Shown one piece after another: positions 28,165 to 38,862 of a stretch of DNA of 64,000 bases. Source of the stretch: Vicinamibacteria bacterium (lineage in GTDB: Bacteria > Acidobacteriota > Vicinamibacteria > Marinacidobacterales > Marinacidobacteraceae); contig OY729431.1 of assembly GCA_963422395.1 (NCBI GenBank), positions 2,368,001-2,432,000 of the forward strand, written 5' to 3'. The number at the start of each line of letters is the position of its first letter. Position 1 is the first letter of the stretch. Below the pieces are notes generated by a model. That model was not told where the DNA came from. It searched no databases and saw only the letters and a list, made by a program, of their open reading frames with translations. A program made the translations under genes and the position numbers.

Positions 28165-29573
28165 GGCGAAAGCGCGCCCGTGGCGGCGCTCCGGTCTTCG
28201 CGGAGACGGGACAACCCCGCTTCGGCGAGCTCGCGGACCGCCGGCACCGGGACCCGCTCCACCACTTCGCCGGCGAAGGCGCGGAGCAGCAGCTGGCGGG
28301 AGTCCATCCGGCCGAGGCCGCGGGAACGCAGGTAGAAGAGCGCCTCCTCGTCCAGGCGTCCGATCGCCGCGCCGTGGGCGCATCGCACATCGTCGGCGTT
28401 GATTTCGAGGCGGGGCTTCGTGTGCACCCGAGCGGCGTCCGAGAGCAGCAGGTTGCGGTTCGTCTGGCGGGCGTCGGTTCCGATGGCGCCGGGAGCGACC
28501 ACCACCCGGCCGTCGAACACCGCGCGCGCCCGGTCGGTGAGCACATTCTTGAAGAGCTGACGGCTCGCCGAGTTCCGGGCAACGTGGACTGCGAGAGTGT
28601 GCTGGTCGGCTTTCGATATCCCGCGCCCCAGGAAGAGGCCGGCGAAGTCGGCCTCCGCACCCGGGTCGGTCAGCACCGCGGCCTGGTCGTCGCGGACCTG
28701 GGCCTCGCCGAGCGAGAGTACGGTGGAGAAGACGCGCGCGTTCCTCCCCAGGCGAAATGTCGTCCGCGAGGTGTGGATGAGGTTTCCGGTTTCCAGCTCC
28801 AGACGGACGAAGTGGAGCTCGGCGTCTGCACCCACCCGGCAGAGCGTCGTCGGGTTCGTCCAGCCGCCGGTCTCCGAAGCCCCGTCGTGGGCCTCGATCA
28901 CGGTGGCCCGGCTGCCCGGCGCGAGTTCGATGACGGAACGCGGATGCAGCATCCGCGGATGCCCGTCTCCGGTATCCCGCCGCTTCGAGTAGAGGAGGAT
29001 CGGTTCTGCCTCCTCCACCCCCGCCCCGACCGAGACCCGAAAGCCGCCGCCTGCGAGCGCGGCGTTCAGCAGCTCGAGCGGATGTCGATCGAGGGAACGC
29101 CGCAGCGAAGCTCCGAGAGCAGCACCGGTCCCGTTCGCCGCCTCTCCGCCGCCGGGCCATCCCGGCCCGAACCACGGCGGCAGCACCGCTGCTTCGGCGG
29201 CTTCGCCGTCCTCGCTGCCGGGCAGCGTCAGCGCAGCGAAGTGGAGTTCGGGGCTTCGCCGCCCCGCGGCGAGGTCGAAGCAGCGTCCTTCCGACGAGAG
29301 CACCCGATGTCCGAACTCGCGCGTCCACGCGGGAACTCCTTCTTCGCGCTCCGCCCTCGGGGGCCCGGAAAGCGGCGGGTAGGCACGATACTCGGTTCGC
29401 CGGAGCGCATCGAGGTCGGAAAACCGCCATTCCTCGTCGGCGCCGGTCGGGAACCCCCCGCACCGGAAGAACTCCCCGAGGACTTCTGCACGCCGGCGCC
29501 CGTTCGGGCTGCCCGCCAACTGTGGGATCTGCCTCCGGTAGTGCGCTTCGGAGACCGCGGCGGCAGAGGGCAC
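28161..29573 (-). CDS. sufD: Fe-S assembly protein SufD
   Basis: EEWRFSDL, TKPRLEINADDVRCAHGA, ALFYLRSRG. Confidence 0.95.
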   Translation of the reverse strand: MPSAAAVSEAHYRRQIPQLAGSPNGRRRAEVLGEFFRCGGFPTGADEEWRFSDLDALRRTEYRAYPPLSGPPRAEREEGVPAWTREFGHRVLSSEGRCFDLAAGRRSPELHFAALTLPGSEDGEAAEAAVLPPWFGPGWPGGGEAANGTGAALGASLRRSLDRHPLELLNAALAGGGFRVSVGAGVEEAEPILLYSKRRDTGDGHPRMLHPRSVIELAPGSRATVIEAHDGASETGGWTNPTTLCRVGADAELHFVRLELETGNLIHTSRTTFRLGRNARVFSTVLSLGEAQVRDDQAAVLTDPGAEADFAGLFLGRGISKADQHTLAVHVARNSASRQLFKNVLTDRARAVFDGRVVVAPGAIGTDARQTNRNLLLSDAARVHTKPRLEINADDVRCAHGAAIGRLDEEALFYLRSRGLGRMDSRQLLLRAFAGEVVERVPVPAVRELAEAGLSRLREDRSAATGALSP

Positions 29574-29580
29574 TTCGGTC

Positions 29581-30335
29581 TCAGACGGGGGCGGGCACGG
29601 CCCCCGCGTACCCCTCGGCTTCGAGCCGGAGCGCGAGTTCCCGGCCACCCGATTCCACGATCCGCCCTTCTCGAAGCACATGCACCCGATCGGGAACGAT
29701 GTGGTTCAGGAGCCGCTGATAGTGGGTGATGACGAGAAAGGACCGGTCCGGCGAGCGCATCCGGTTCACTCCTTCGGCCACGATGCGAAGCGCGTCGATG
29801 TCGAGACCGGAATCCGTCTCGTCGAGGACCGCGAGGGTCGGCTCCAGCACCGTCAGCTGGAGGATTTCGTTGCGTTTCTTCTCGCCCCCGGAAAATCCTT
29901 CGTTCACCGGCCGCTTCACCAGGTCCTGATCGAAGTCGAGCAGCTGCACCCGGTCGTGCATCAGACTCAGGAAGTCCACCGCGTCGAGTTCGGGCTCGCC
30001 GCGGTGCTTGCGGATCTCGTTGACCGCCGCCTTCAGGAAGTAGGTGTTGTTCACGCCCGGAATCTCGACCGGATACTGGAAGGCGAGGAAGATGCCGCGC
30101 CGCGCCCGCTCTTCGGGGGCCAGCCCGCCGAGGTCCTCGCCCCGGTAGCGGATCTCGCCGGCGGTGATCTCGTATCCATCCCGGCCCGCGATCACATGCG
30201 CGAGGGTGCTCTTGCCCGAACCGTTCGGACCCATCACCGCATGGGTTTCGCCGGCCGGGATTTCGAGATCGAGGCCGCGGAGGATCTCCTTGCCCTCGAC
30301 GGCGGCGGAGAGGCCGCGGATTTCGAGCAGGCTCG

Positions 30336-30339
<4 letters not shown>
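29581..30339 (-). CDS. sufC: Fe-S assembly ATPase
   Basis: [43 protein letters not shown]. Confidence 0.98.
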
Positions 30340-31802
<1,463 letters not shown>

Positions 31803-31813
31803 GGAGGAGGTCG

Positions 31814-32269
31814 CTATTGCAGAACGGGGAGCTCCGGACCGCCGGGGCGGCGGCCGGGAATCGCCGAGTCGGCGAGGATCTCGGCGAGGGTCAGATCGGA
31901 GAGGGTCGAAAGGAGGCGCTCGTGGATCCGGGTCAGCGGGGTGCGCACCGAGCAGGTGGAAGTGAGGAGGCAGTTGTGGTCCTCGAGGACGCATTCGATG
32001 AGCGCGAACGGACCCTCGACGGATTCGATGATCTCGGTGATCGGGATCTCCGCCGGCAGCCGCGCGAGGCGGTAGCCGCCGCGGATTCCCTGCCGGGTCT
32101 CGACGATGCCGGACTTCTTGAGGCTCTGCAGCACTTTCGCGGCAAGTTCGGGAGGCAGATTGTGGCCCTCCGCCACCCGTCTCGCGCTGAGCGTCTCCCC
32201 GCTGGACAGGAATGCGAGATCGGCGAGCGCCATCAGGGCGTAGTCGGTGCTCTTCGAGAGGCGGATCAC
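31814..32269 (-). CDS. Rrf2-family SUF regulator
   Basis: [20 protein letters not shown], three Cys ([15 protein letters not shown]). Confidence 0.93.
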   Translation of the reverse strand: MIRLSKSTDYALMALADLAFLSSGETLSARRVAEGHNLPPELAAKVLQSLKKSGIVETRQGIRGGYRLARLPAEIPITEIIESVEGPFALIECVLEDHNCLLTSTCSVRTPLTRIHERLLSTLSDLTLAEILADSAIPGRRPGGPELPVLQ

Positions 32270-32392
32270 AGCGGATGACGAGGCGTCGGTTCGGCGGCTC
32301 CTTCCTCGAACGGCATCCCTCGAAGGGATTCGACCCGCGCCCGGCGCGGCGGCCCGGAAAAGAACCGGGAGGAAAACAGGCGGTTCCGCTAA

Positions 32393-32413
32393 ATGCGACC
32401 CAATCGGTCGTAT
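32393..32413. promoter_or_regulatory. Probable Rrf2 operator upstream of suf operon
   Basis: Imperfect palindrome ATGCGACC-CAATC-GGTCGTAT in an AT-richer intergenic patch. Confidence 0.55.
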
Positions 32414-32497
32414 ATCCTAACACAGGGCAGAGAACGGCAAAGTCCTTCTGGCCGGCGTTCTTGCGGGAGAGCCTCTCCGCTTAGACTCCAGCATGAT

Positions 32498-33172
32498 ATG
32501 AAGCCCTCCGAGGAGGGACCCTGGGGCTCCGGAGCGGAGACGAAAACGGAAGCAGCACCGGACTGGTCCGCTGCCGCCCGGCGCCTCGCCCGCCAGGATC
32601 CGAAGCTCGGCGAGCTCATCGAGCGGATCGGCCCCTGCTCTCTCGTCCCCCGCTCCAACTCCTTCGAGAACCTCGTCGGCTCCATCGTCGCCCAGCAGAT
32701 CTCGGCGGCCGCCGCCCGAACCATCCACCGCCGGATCTGGGCGCTCACCCGGGGAAAGCCGCCGACCCCGCGCGACCTGCTCCGCCGCCGAGACACCACC
32801 CTGAGGCGGGTCGGCCTCTCGCGCCAGAAGATCGTCTATCTGCGCGACCTCGCCTCCCGGATCGAGAGCGGGGATCTCGATCTCGAAGCCCTCGAATCCC
32901 TGGACGACGACGCGGTCCGCACCGTGCTCACCCGGGGGAAAGGCATCGGGAATTGGACCGCCGACATGCACCTCATCTTCACCCTGAACCGACCCGATGT
33001 CTTCGCCCCCGGCGATGCCGCCGTCCTCGCGGCGATGCGCGACCTCTACGAGCTGCCGGAGGACGCGCCGCGGGACGCTTACCTCCGGATCAGCGACAGC
33101 TGGCGCCCCTTCCGCAGCATCGGCGTCTGGTACATGTACGAACACCTCCGGGCCCGCCGCCGAGGGGAGTGA
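32498..33172 (+). CDS. alkA: DNA-3-methyladenine glycosylase II
   Basis: SIVAQQIS, GLSRQK, KGIGNWTADM (HhH), RPDVFAPGD, WRPFRS. Confidence 0.92.
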   Translation: MKPSEEGPWGSGAETKTEAAPDWSAAARRLARQDPKLGELIERIGPCSLVPRSNSFENLVGSIVAQQISAAAARTIHRRIWALTRGKPPTPRDLLRRRDTTLRRVGLSRQKIVYLRDLASRIESGDLDLEALESLDDDAVRTVLTRGKGIGNWTADMHLIFTLNRPDVFAPGDAAVLAAMRDLYELPEDAPRDAYLRISDSWRPFRSIGVWYMYEHLRARRRGE

Positions 33173-33257
33173 GCCCCCAGCGCTTCCGCGCTCCTGCTTC
33201 CTCGCCCCCGTATTCTCGGAGCGATCCGAATCGGGAACGGTCGCCCCAAGCGTCGTG

Positions 33258-33570
33258 CCAGGAGTCTGCGCCGCAGGAAGGTTGGGGCGGATCGGGGGTT
33301 CGGGAGCGCGTGATCGGAGTCATGGGGCGGGATCGCGCAGTTTTCGGGCGGGAGGGGAGTTCGGGAAGGCGCTCCGGAGGGCCTTTGGGCGGGTTGATGG
33401 GGCCAGGGCGGGGCGGGGCAGGCGTTTACGCTGCCAGCAACCCCGGGAGCCGTCGCGGGTTCAACGCCAGGCAGACCAGGTCCCACTCTCCTTGCGCCTT
33501 GCGCAGCCCCCGGAAGCTGAACCGCCGGAACCCCATCACCTCCTTGATCCACCCGTGGGGCGCCTCGGAC
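33258..33570 (-). mobile_element. IS1182-family right-end remnant
   Basis: My own translation of 33570-33426: SEAPHGWIKEVMGFRRFSFRGLRKAQGEWDLVCLALNPRRL*; end TTCCTGCGGCGCAGACTCCTGG. Confidence 0.82.
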
Positions 33571-33932
33571 TGTGCAACCTCACCAGGTTGTTCAGGGGTC
33601 GAGCGCCTAGATGGGGGGTCGGTGATGGAGGCTGGTGTGAGGCCGGCAGCGATGCGGGCGCGAGGAGCGGTCCCCGAGGCCCGGCAGGCCCTCCTCGCGC
33701 CAGCGGGCGAGCCACTTGTATGCAGTGCGCACGCTCACTCCCGAGGCTTGGGCCGCCGCCTCGACGCGGAGGCCTTCCTCGGTGATGCGGCGAACCAGGA
33801 TCTCTCGACCGAGCGGGGTCAGTTTGGCGGACTCGTGGATGTTCATGCGGGTTCCTCCTCATGCTGAGAGATCGTGGATACCCATGAGCTTCGGGCATCG
33901 GGCTCGCGTGAACAACCTGCCGCAAGGTCACA
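33571..33932 (-). mobile_element. Mini-IS481 (362 bp, both ends, internally deleted)
   Basis: TGT...ACA termini with IRs TGTGCAACCTCACCAGGTTGTTCA / TGAACAACCTGCCGCAAGGTCACA; N-terminal transposase coding near-identical to the 14 kb copy. Confidence 0.88.
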
Positions 33933-33941
33933 GCTAGCCGA

Positions 33942-35396
33942 TCAGGGGGCGGGGCGATTCTCTTCGCCGGCAGCCTCCGGGGACGAAGGCCAAGCCGCCA
34001 ACGGCGGGGGCGGCGCAAGGGCGTGGGCAAGCTGGAGCACGCCGAAATCATCGCGTTCCCGGCCGACGATCTGGAGGCCCACCGGGAGCCCCTCCCCCGA
34101 ATCCTCGCGGGTGCGGCCGAAGGGCGCCGAGACCGCCGGCTGGCCGAGCAGGGAGACGAAGGCGCAAGACCCCATCCACTCGGTGTAGGTCCGCATCGGG
34201 ACCCCGGCGATCGCTCGCGGATACGGAATCTCGAGATCGAAAGGCGGAACCTGCGACACCGGGAGGACCCAGAACCGGTAGCGGGCGAAGAAGCGGCGCG
34301 CCCGGCCGCGGAGCGCGGTCCAACGCAGGGCGGCCTCGGCGAGCTCGTCGCGCGAGAGCGCGCGGCCCTGCTCGATGTTCCAGACCACGGTGTCCTTCAT
34401 CCGCTCCCGGTGCTCGTCGAGCAGCCGTCCGTAGCAACGCTCGAAATACCAGGCCCGCCAGCGGTCGAACACGGTGTCGGCGCCCGTCAGGTCCGGCTCG
34501 GCTTCCTCCACGACGCAGCCCAGCGTTTCGAGCGCTGCCGGCGCCGGGGCGAGCGCTTCGGTGACCCGAGGGTCGAAGGGAAGTCCGGCGAAACGGGGGC
34601 TCCAGGCGACCCGCACCCCCCGGAAATCGCGTTCGAGCGGCCGCCCGAAACGCTCCGGGGAGTCCGCGAGCGAAAGCGGCGCCCGGTCGTCCGGACCGGC
34701 GATCGCGGAGAGCAGCAGCGCCGCATCGGCTGCCGTTCGCGCCATCGGTCCCTGGACCGGGAGCGGAAACCAGGGGGTCTCGTCGGGCCAGACGGGAACC
34801 CGCCCCGGCGAGGGGCGGAGCCCGACCACTCCGCAGAAGCTCGCGGGGTTCCGCAGCGAGCCTCCGAAGTCGCTGCCGTCGGCGATCGGCACCATTCCGG
34901 CAGCGAGCGCCGCCGCCGCACCGCCGCTGCTGCCGCCGCAGGTCTTCGCCTCGTCCCAGGGATTCCGGGTCGGACCGAACACCGGGTTGAAGGTCTGGGA
35001 GCCGGCGCCGAACTCGGGGGTGTTCGTCTTGCCGACGGTGATCGCGCCGGCGGCCCGGGTCCGCTCGACGAGCAGCGCGTCTTCCCGGGGAACGAAGTCG
35101 CTGAAGATCGGCGATCCGAAAGTCGTCCGGAGACCGCGGGTGAGGGTCAGGTCCTTGTGGGCGACCGGGAGCCCGTGGAGCGGTCCGAGCGGCTCGCCCC
35201 GCGCCGCGGCCTCGTCGGCTCGCTCCGCGGCGGCGAGCAGCGCTTTCTCCGGCCGCAGGGTGACGATGGCGTTGAGGCGCGGGTCCACCTCCTGGATCCG
35301 GGTGAGGTGGGCCTGCATCACCTCGACCGCCGACGCCTCTCGCCGGGCGATGAGCCCCGCGAGCTCCCCTGCCCCGCGGCGGCAGAGATCGGACAT
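33942..35396 (-). CDS. Amidase signature family enzyme
   Basis: GLPVAHKD, GKTNTPEFG, GGSSGG, GSDFGGSLRNPA. Confidence 0.95.
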   Translation of the reverse strand: MSDLCRRGAGELAGLIARREASAVEVMQAHLTRIQEVDPRLNAIVTLRPEKALLAAAERADEAAARGEPLGPLHGLPVAHKDLTLTRGLRTTFGSPIFSDFVPREDALLVERTRAAGAITVGKTNTPEFGAGSQTFNPVFGPTRNPWDEAKTCGGSSGGAAAALAAGMVPIADGSDFGGSLRNPASFCGVVGLRPSPGRVPVWPDETPWFPLPVQGPMARTAADAALLLSAIAGPDDRAPLSLADSPERFGRPLERDFRGVRVAWSPRFAGLPFDPRVTEALAPAPAALETLGCVVEEAEPDLTGADTVFDRWRAWYFERCYGRLLDEHRERMKDTVVWNIEQGRALSRDELAEAALRWTALRGRARRFFARYRFWVLPVSQVPPFDLEIPYPRAIAGVPMRTYTEWMGSCAFVSLLGQPAVSAPFGRTREDSGEGLPVGLQIVGRERDDFGVLQLAHALAPPPPLAAWPSSPEAAGEENRPAP

Positions 35397-35483
35397 GCAG
35401 GGGGCGCGGCGCCTTTCGCTGCAGCAGCGCCGCCGGACTCGCCTCCGAAGCTTCCGGGACTCGCTCAGCGCCGCTTCAACCGG

Positions 35484-37124
35484 TCAGCAGCAAGCGTCGA
35501 GGCGGGCGAGGAGCGCGGACAGCCCCGGCTCGCCGGGGACCGGAGCCGGAAGCCAGAGCACCCGCCGACCGCGCCGCTGCAGCTCCTGGTAGTCGGCAGC
35601 GGCCTGGAGCCGGGCGAAGGCTCCCGCGCCGAGGCCGACCGCCGGCGGCGGCAATGCTCCGGCGGGCGGGAGGAGGAGGTCCGCTTCCGGCTCCCAGCTC
35701 AGCATCAGGACGCCCAGGCCCGGCGGCCCGCCTTTTTCGATCTGTCCCAGCGAATGGAGCAGCGAGGAGCCGAACCCGACCGCCGGGACGACGCCCAACC
35801 GGTCCGCGAGGAGGCGCGCTGTCCGCTGGAACGCCGCCTCGGCGCGCGGGCTGCGGTGCCCGAAGCCGTTGATCGCCAACCCTCCCTCCCGCGCAGCGCC
35901 GAGGAACTCGGCGAGTCGGCGGTCTTCCACCGGCGGAGGCGCTGGCGCCGAGCCCGGGTCCACCATGAGCTGCCGTGCCGCCGCCTTGGCTCCCTCGACA
36001 TCCGGCTGGTCGTAGGGGTCCACCCCCATCCGGTAGGCGGCGACCGAAGCCGCTACCTGCCAGCGGAAGAGCTCGCCGAGGACGGTTGCGCGGGAGAGCG
36101 CCGCGTGGACCACCGGGAGCCCCGCGGCCGCCGCCCGGTCGAGACGCTCCCGGTCTTCGCCTTCCGCCGGCCCCAGATGGATCGAGAAGACCCGGCTTCC
36201 CGAAGTGGGCGGGCGGGGCGACGGCGGCAGGAGGACCGGCAGGATTCCTCTCCCCTGCTTGCCGGTGTTCTCGGAGAAGAGCTGTTCGAGCCAGGGCAGG
36301 ATCGCCGAAAATTCCGCAGCAGCAGAGATGTGCGCCTCGCACCGCCCCGCCGCTTCGAGCCGGGCGAGGAAGACTCCGAGCAGCACCCCGGGGTCTTCCG
36401 CCGGAAGCGAGGGAGCGTCGAGAGTGCCGCGCACTCGGCGCGCGGCCTCGAGGCCGGCTTCGACCCGGCACCCGGCGAGTACCGCCGGCAGGAGCCCATA
36501 GGCGCCGAGCGCGGAGAAGCGGCCTCCCACACTCGGCATCCCGGCGAACGCCATCCTGTATCCGGCGGCGGCGGAATGGGCGAGGAGAGGCGAGCCGGGG
36601 TCGCTGAGCGCCATGAGCTGCCGGCCGGGAGTGCCTCCCGAAACCTCGAGAGCCCGGACGATCAGCGCTTCGAGCACTCTGGTCTCCACCGTGGTCCCCG
36701 ACTTCGAGGCGATCAGGAAGACAGTGCGCGGCAGCGATTCGGCACCGAGCGCCGCGCGCACCGCCTCGGGTGCCAGGGTGTTCAGGAAACGGGCTTCGAG
36801 GGCAGTTTCGCGATCGACATCCCGCGGGAGAAGAGCGCACAGGGTCTCCGCAGCACGCCCCGATCCTCCCATCCCCACCACCACCAAGCGGTCGAGGCCG
36901 TCCTCGACGAGCTCTCGGCGGAGCGTCCGCCAAGCGGGGAGCGAACCGGCAGCGGCGAGGGGGAGATCCACCCAGCCCAACCGGTCGGCACTCGTTCGCA
37001 TCCCCGTCCGCCCGAGCCTTCCGGGCGGCGTTCCCTCGGCCCAGAGCGCGGCAGCGGCCTCGCGAGATTCCGTGAGGCCGCCCGTCCGCACCGCTCCCGG
37101 AGCGGGCCAGAGGCGCCAGCTCAT
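35484..37124 (-). CDS. Glucose-6-phosphate isomerase-like SIS protein
   Basis: DRLGWVDLP, GMGGS, ASKSGTTVET, VGGRFSAL, EQLFSENTGKQG, DQPDVEGAK. Confidence 0.85.
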   Translation of the reverse strand: MSWRLWPAPGAVRTGGLTESREAAAALWAEGTPPGRLGRTGMRTSADRLGWVDLPLAAAGSLPAWRTLRRELVEDGLDRLVVVGMGGSGRAAETLCALLPRDVDRETALEARFLNTLAPEAVRAALGAESLPRTVFLIASKSGTTVETRVLEALIVRALEVSGGTPGRQLMALSDPGSPLLAHSAAAGYRMAFAGMPSVGGRFSALGAYGLLPAVLAGCRVEAGLEAARRVRGTLDAPSLPAEDPGVLLGVFLARLEAAGRCEAHISAAAEFSAILPWLEQLFSENTGKQGRGILPVLLPPSPRPPTSGSRVFSIHLGPAEGEDRERLDRAAAAGLPVVHAALSRATVLGELFRWQVAASVAAYRMGVDPYDQPDVEGAKAAARQLMVDPGSAPAPPPVEDRRLAEFLGAAREGGLAINGFGHRSPRAEAAFQRTARLLADRLGVVPAVGFGSSLLHSLGQIEKGGPPGLGVLMLSWEPEADLLLPPAGALPPPAVGLGAGAFARLQAAADYQELQRRGRRVLWLPAPVPGEPGLSALLARLDACC

Positions 37125-37198
37125 CGTTTTCCGGCGCGGAGACTGCTCTGGGGTCCGGCTACCATTGACGAAGCATGATGAGGATGCGGAGGGTACCA

Positions 37199-38239
37199 AT
37201 GAGCCAGCTGGTCAAAACCTCGAAACGACTCCGCTACGAGAAGAGTCCGGTCGGCGGCTCGATCACCGACCCGGCGGTCTTCTTCGAACGGCGGGCACTG
37301 CTGCGCGCCATCGGCAGCACCGCGCTGATCGGCCCCGTTTCGGCGGCCTGCGGGACGCCCGCCGAAGGCGCCGAGATGCTGGAAGTCCCGTATGCACGCC
37401 CGGATGTCTTTCCGGCGTCGCGGAACGCAGCGTACACCGTCCCCGCAGAGATCGAGCGAAAGGAGCTGATGGCGCGCGAGGTGGCGGGATCGCACAACAA
37501 CTTCTACGAGTTCCTCGCCGGTCGGGGCGGCGCGGTCTGGAGGCTCTCCGGCGAGTACCAGCCGGTGCCCTGGGCAGTCGAGGTGACCGGCGAGTGCGCG
37601 AAGCCGCGGACCTTCGACCTCGACGCGCTGCTCGGCTTCGACCACGAGGAGCGCATCTACCACTTCCGCTGCGTCGAGCGCTGGGCGATGAATGTGCCGT
37701 GGACCGGGTTCCCGCTGGCCGAGCTGATCGCCGCGGTGGAGCCGACGGGCGAGGCCCGCTTCTGTGCCTTCACCTGCCTCGACCGCCCCGAGGAGATGCC
37801 GGGGCTGGCCTCGAGCGACTGGTATCCCTGGCCGTACCACGAAGCGCTGCGGATGGACGAGGCGATGCACCCGCTCGCCTTCGTGGCGACCGGAATCTAC
37901 GGCGAACCGCTGGTCCGCCAGCACGGCGCCCCGGTGCGGCTCGCCCTTCCCTGGAAGTACGGCTACAAGGGACCGAAGGCGGTGGTGAAGATCGAGCTGA
38001 CCAGGGAGCAACCGCCTTTCTTCTGGGAGATGCAGAAGCACGAGTACGGGTTCTTGTCCAACATCAACCCGAACATCCCCCACCCGCGCTGGAGCCAGGA
38101 GCAGTCCTACTGGCTCGACGACCGAGAGCCCTTCCCGACCCCGCTCTTCAACGGCTACGCCGAGCAGGTGGCAGCGCTCTACCCGGACGAGCCGAGGGAG
38201 CCGCAGCGGCCGCTCCGCCTGGGACAGACGGCGCGGTAG
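37199..38239 (+). CDS. msrP: Protein-methionine-sulfoxide reductase catalytic subunit
   Basis: Tat motif ERRALL; HNNFYEF, FRCVERWAM, EALRMDEAMHPL, PWKYGYKG, HPRWSQ. Confidence 0.95.
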   Translation: MSQLVKTSKRLRYEKSPVGGSITDPAVFFERRALLRAIGSTALIGPVSAACGTPAEGAEMLEVPYARPDVFPASRNAAYTVPAEIERKELMAREVAGSHNNFYEFLAGRGGAVWRLSGEYQPVPWAVEVTGECAKPRTFDLDALLGFDHEERIYHFRCVERWAMNVPWTGFPLAELIAAVEPTGEARFCAFTCLDRPEEMPGLASSDWYPWPYHEALRMDEAMHPLAFVATGIYGEPLVRQHGAPVRLALPWKYGYKGPKAVVKIELTREQPPFFWEMQKHEYGFLSNINPNIPHPRWSQEQSYWLDDREPFPTPLFNGYAEQVAALYPDEPREPQRPLRLGQTAR

Positions 38240-38269
38240 GCCCCCGCCCCGGAAGCCGCAGCGCGCCGC

Positions 38270-38803
38270 ATGACGCTCGCCGCGGACCGGCAGGCGATCC
38301 AGGACCACTACCCCGAGTCCACGAAGCACTGCTACGGCTGCGGCTCCGAGAACCCGCACGGCTATCGGATCCGCAGTTTCCGGGAGGGCGGCGAAACGGT
38401 CTGCCGCTTCACTCCGGAGCCCTTCCACACGGCGGTACCGGGGGCGGTGTACGGCGGGCTGATCGCCTCGCTGGTGGATTGCCACGGCACCGGGGCCGCC
38501 GCCGAAGCCGCCTATCGCGCGGCCGGGCGGCCCCTGGGCAGCGAGCCTCCGCTCCGTTTCGTCACCGGCTCGCTCCGGGTGGACTACCGGCGGCCCACAC
38601 CGATCGGCGAGGAACTGGTCCTACGGGCCCGCGCCGCCGAGATCACCGAGCGGAGAGTGCGGGTCCGGATCACCGTGGAGGCCGGCGGCATGGTGACCGC
38701 CGAAGGCGAGGTGGTCGCCGTGCGCATTCCGGAGAGCTGGCTCGATAGCCTCGGCAGGGGCGAGTCGGGGGACGGGCGGTCTCGCGGGCCGGACCGCTCC
38801 TGA
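38270..38803 (+). CDS. PaaI-family thioesterase
   Basis: CYGCGSENPHG, YGGLIASLVDCHG, VDYRRPTP. Confidence 0.9.
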   Translation: MTLAADRQAIQDHYPESTKHCYGCGSENPHGYRIRSFREGGETVCRFTPEPFHTAVPGAVYGGLIASLVDCHGTGAAAEAAYRAAGRPLGSEPPLRFVTGSLRVDYRRPTPIGEELVLRARAAEITERRVRVRITVEAGGMVTAEGEVVAVRIPESWLDSLGRGESGDGRSRGPDRS

Positions 38804-38862
38804 CCGAAGCCCCCTCCGGGGGCGGGGCGAGAAGGCGAACGACAGTCTTTAGTCGACAGCCT

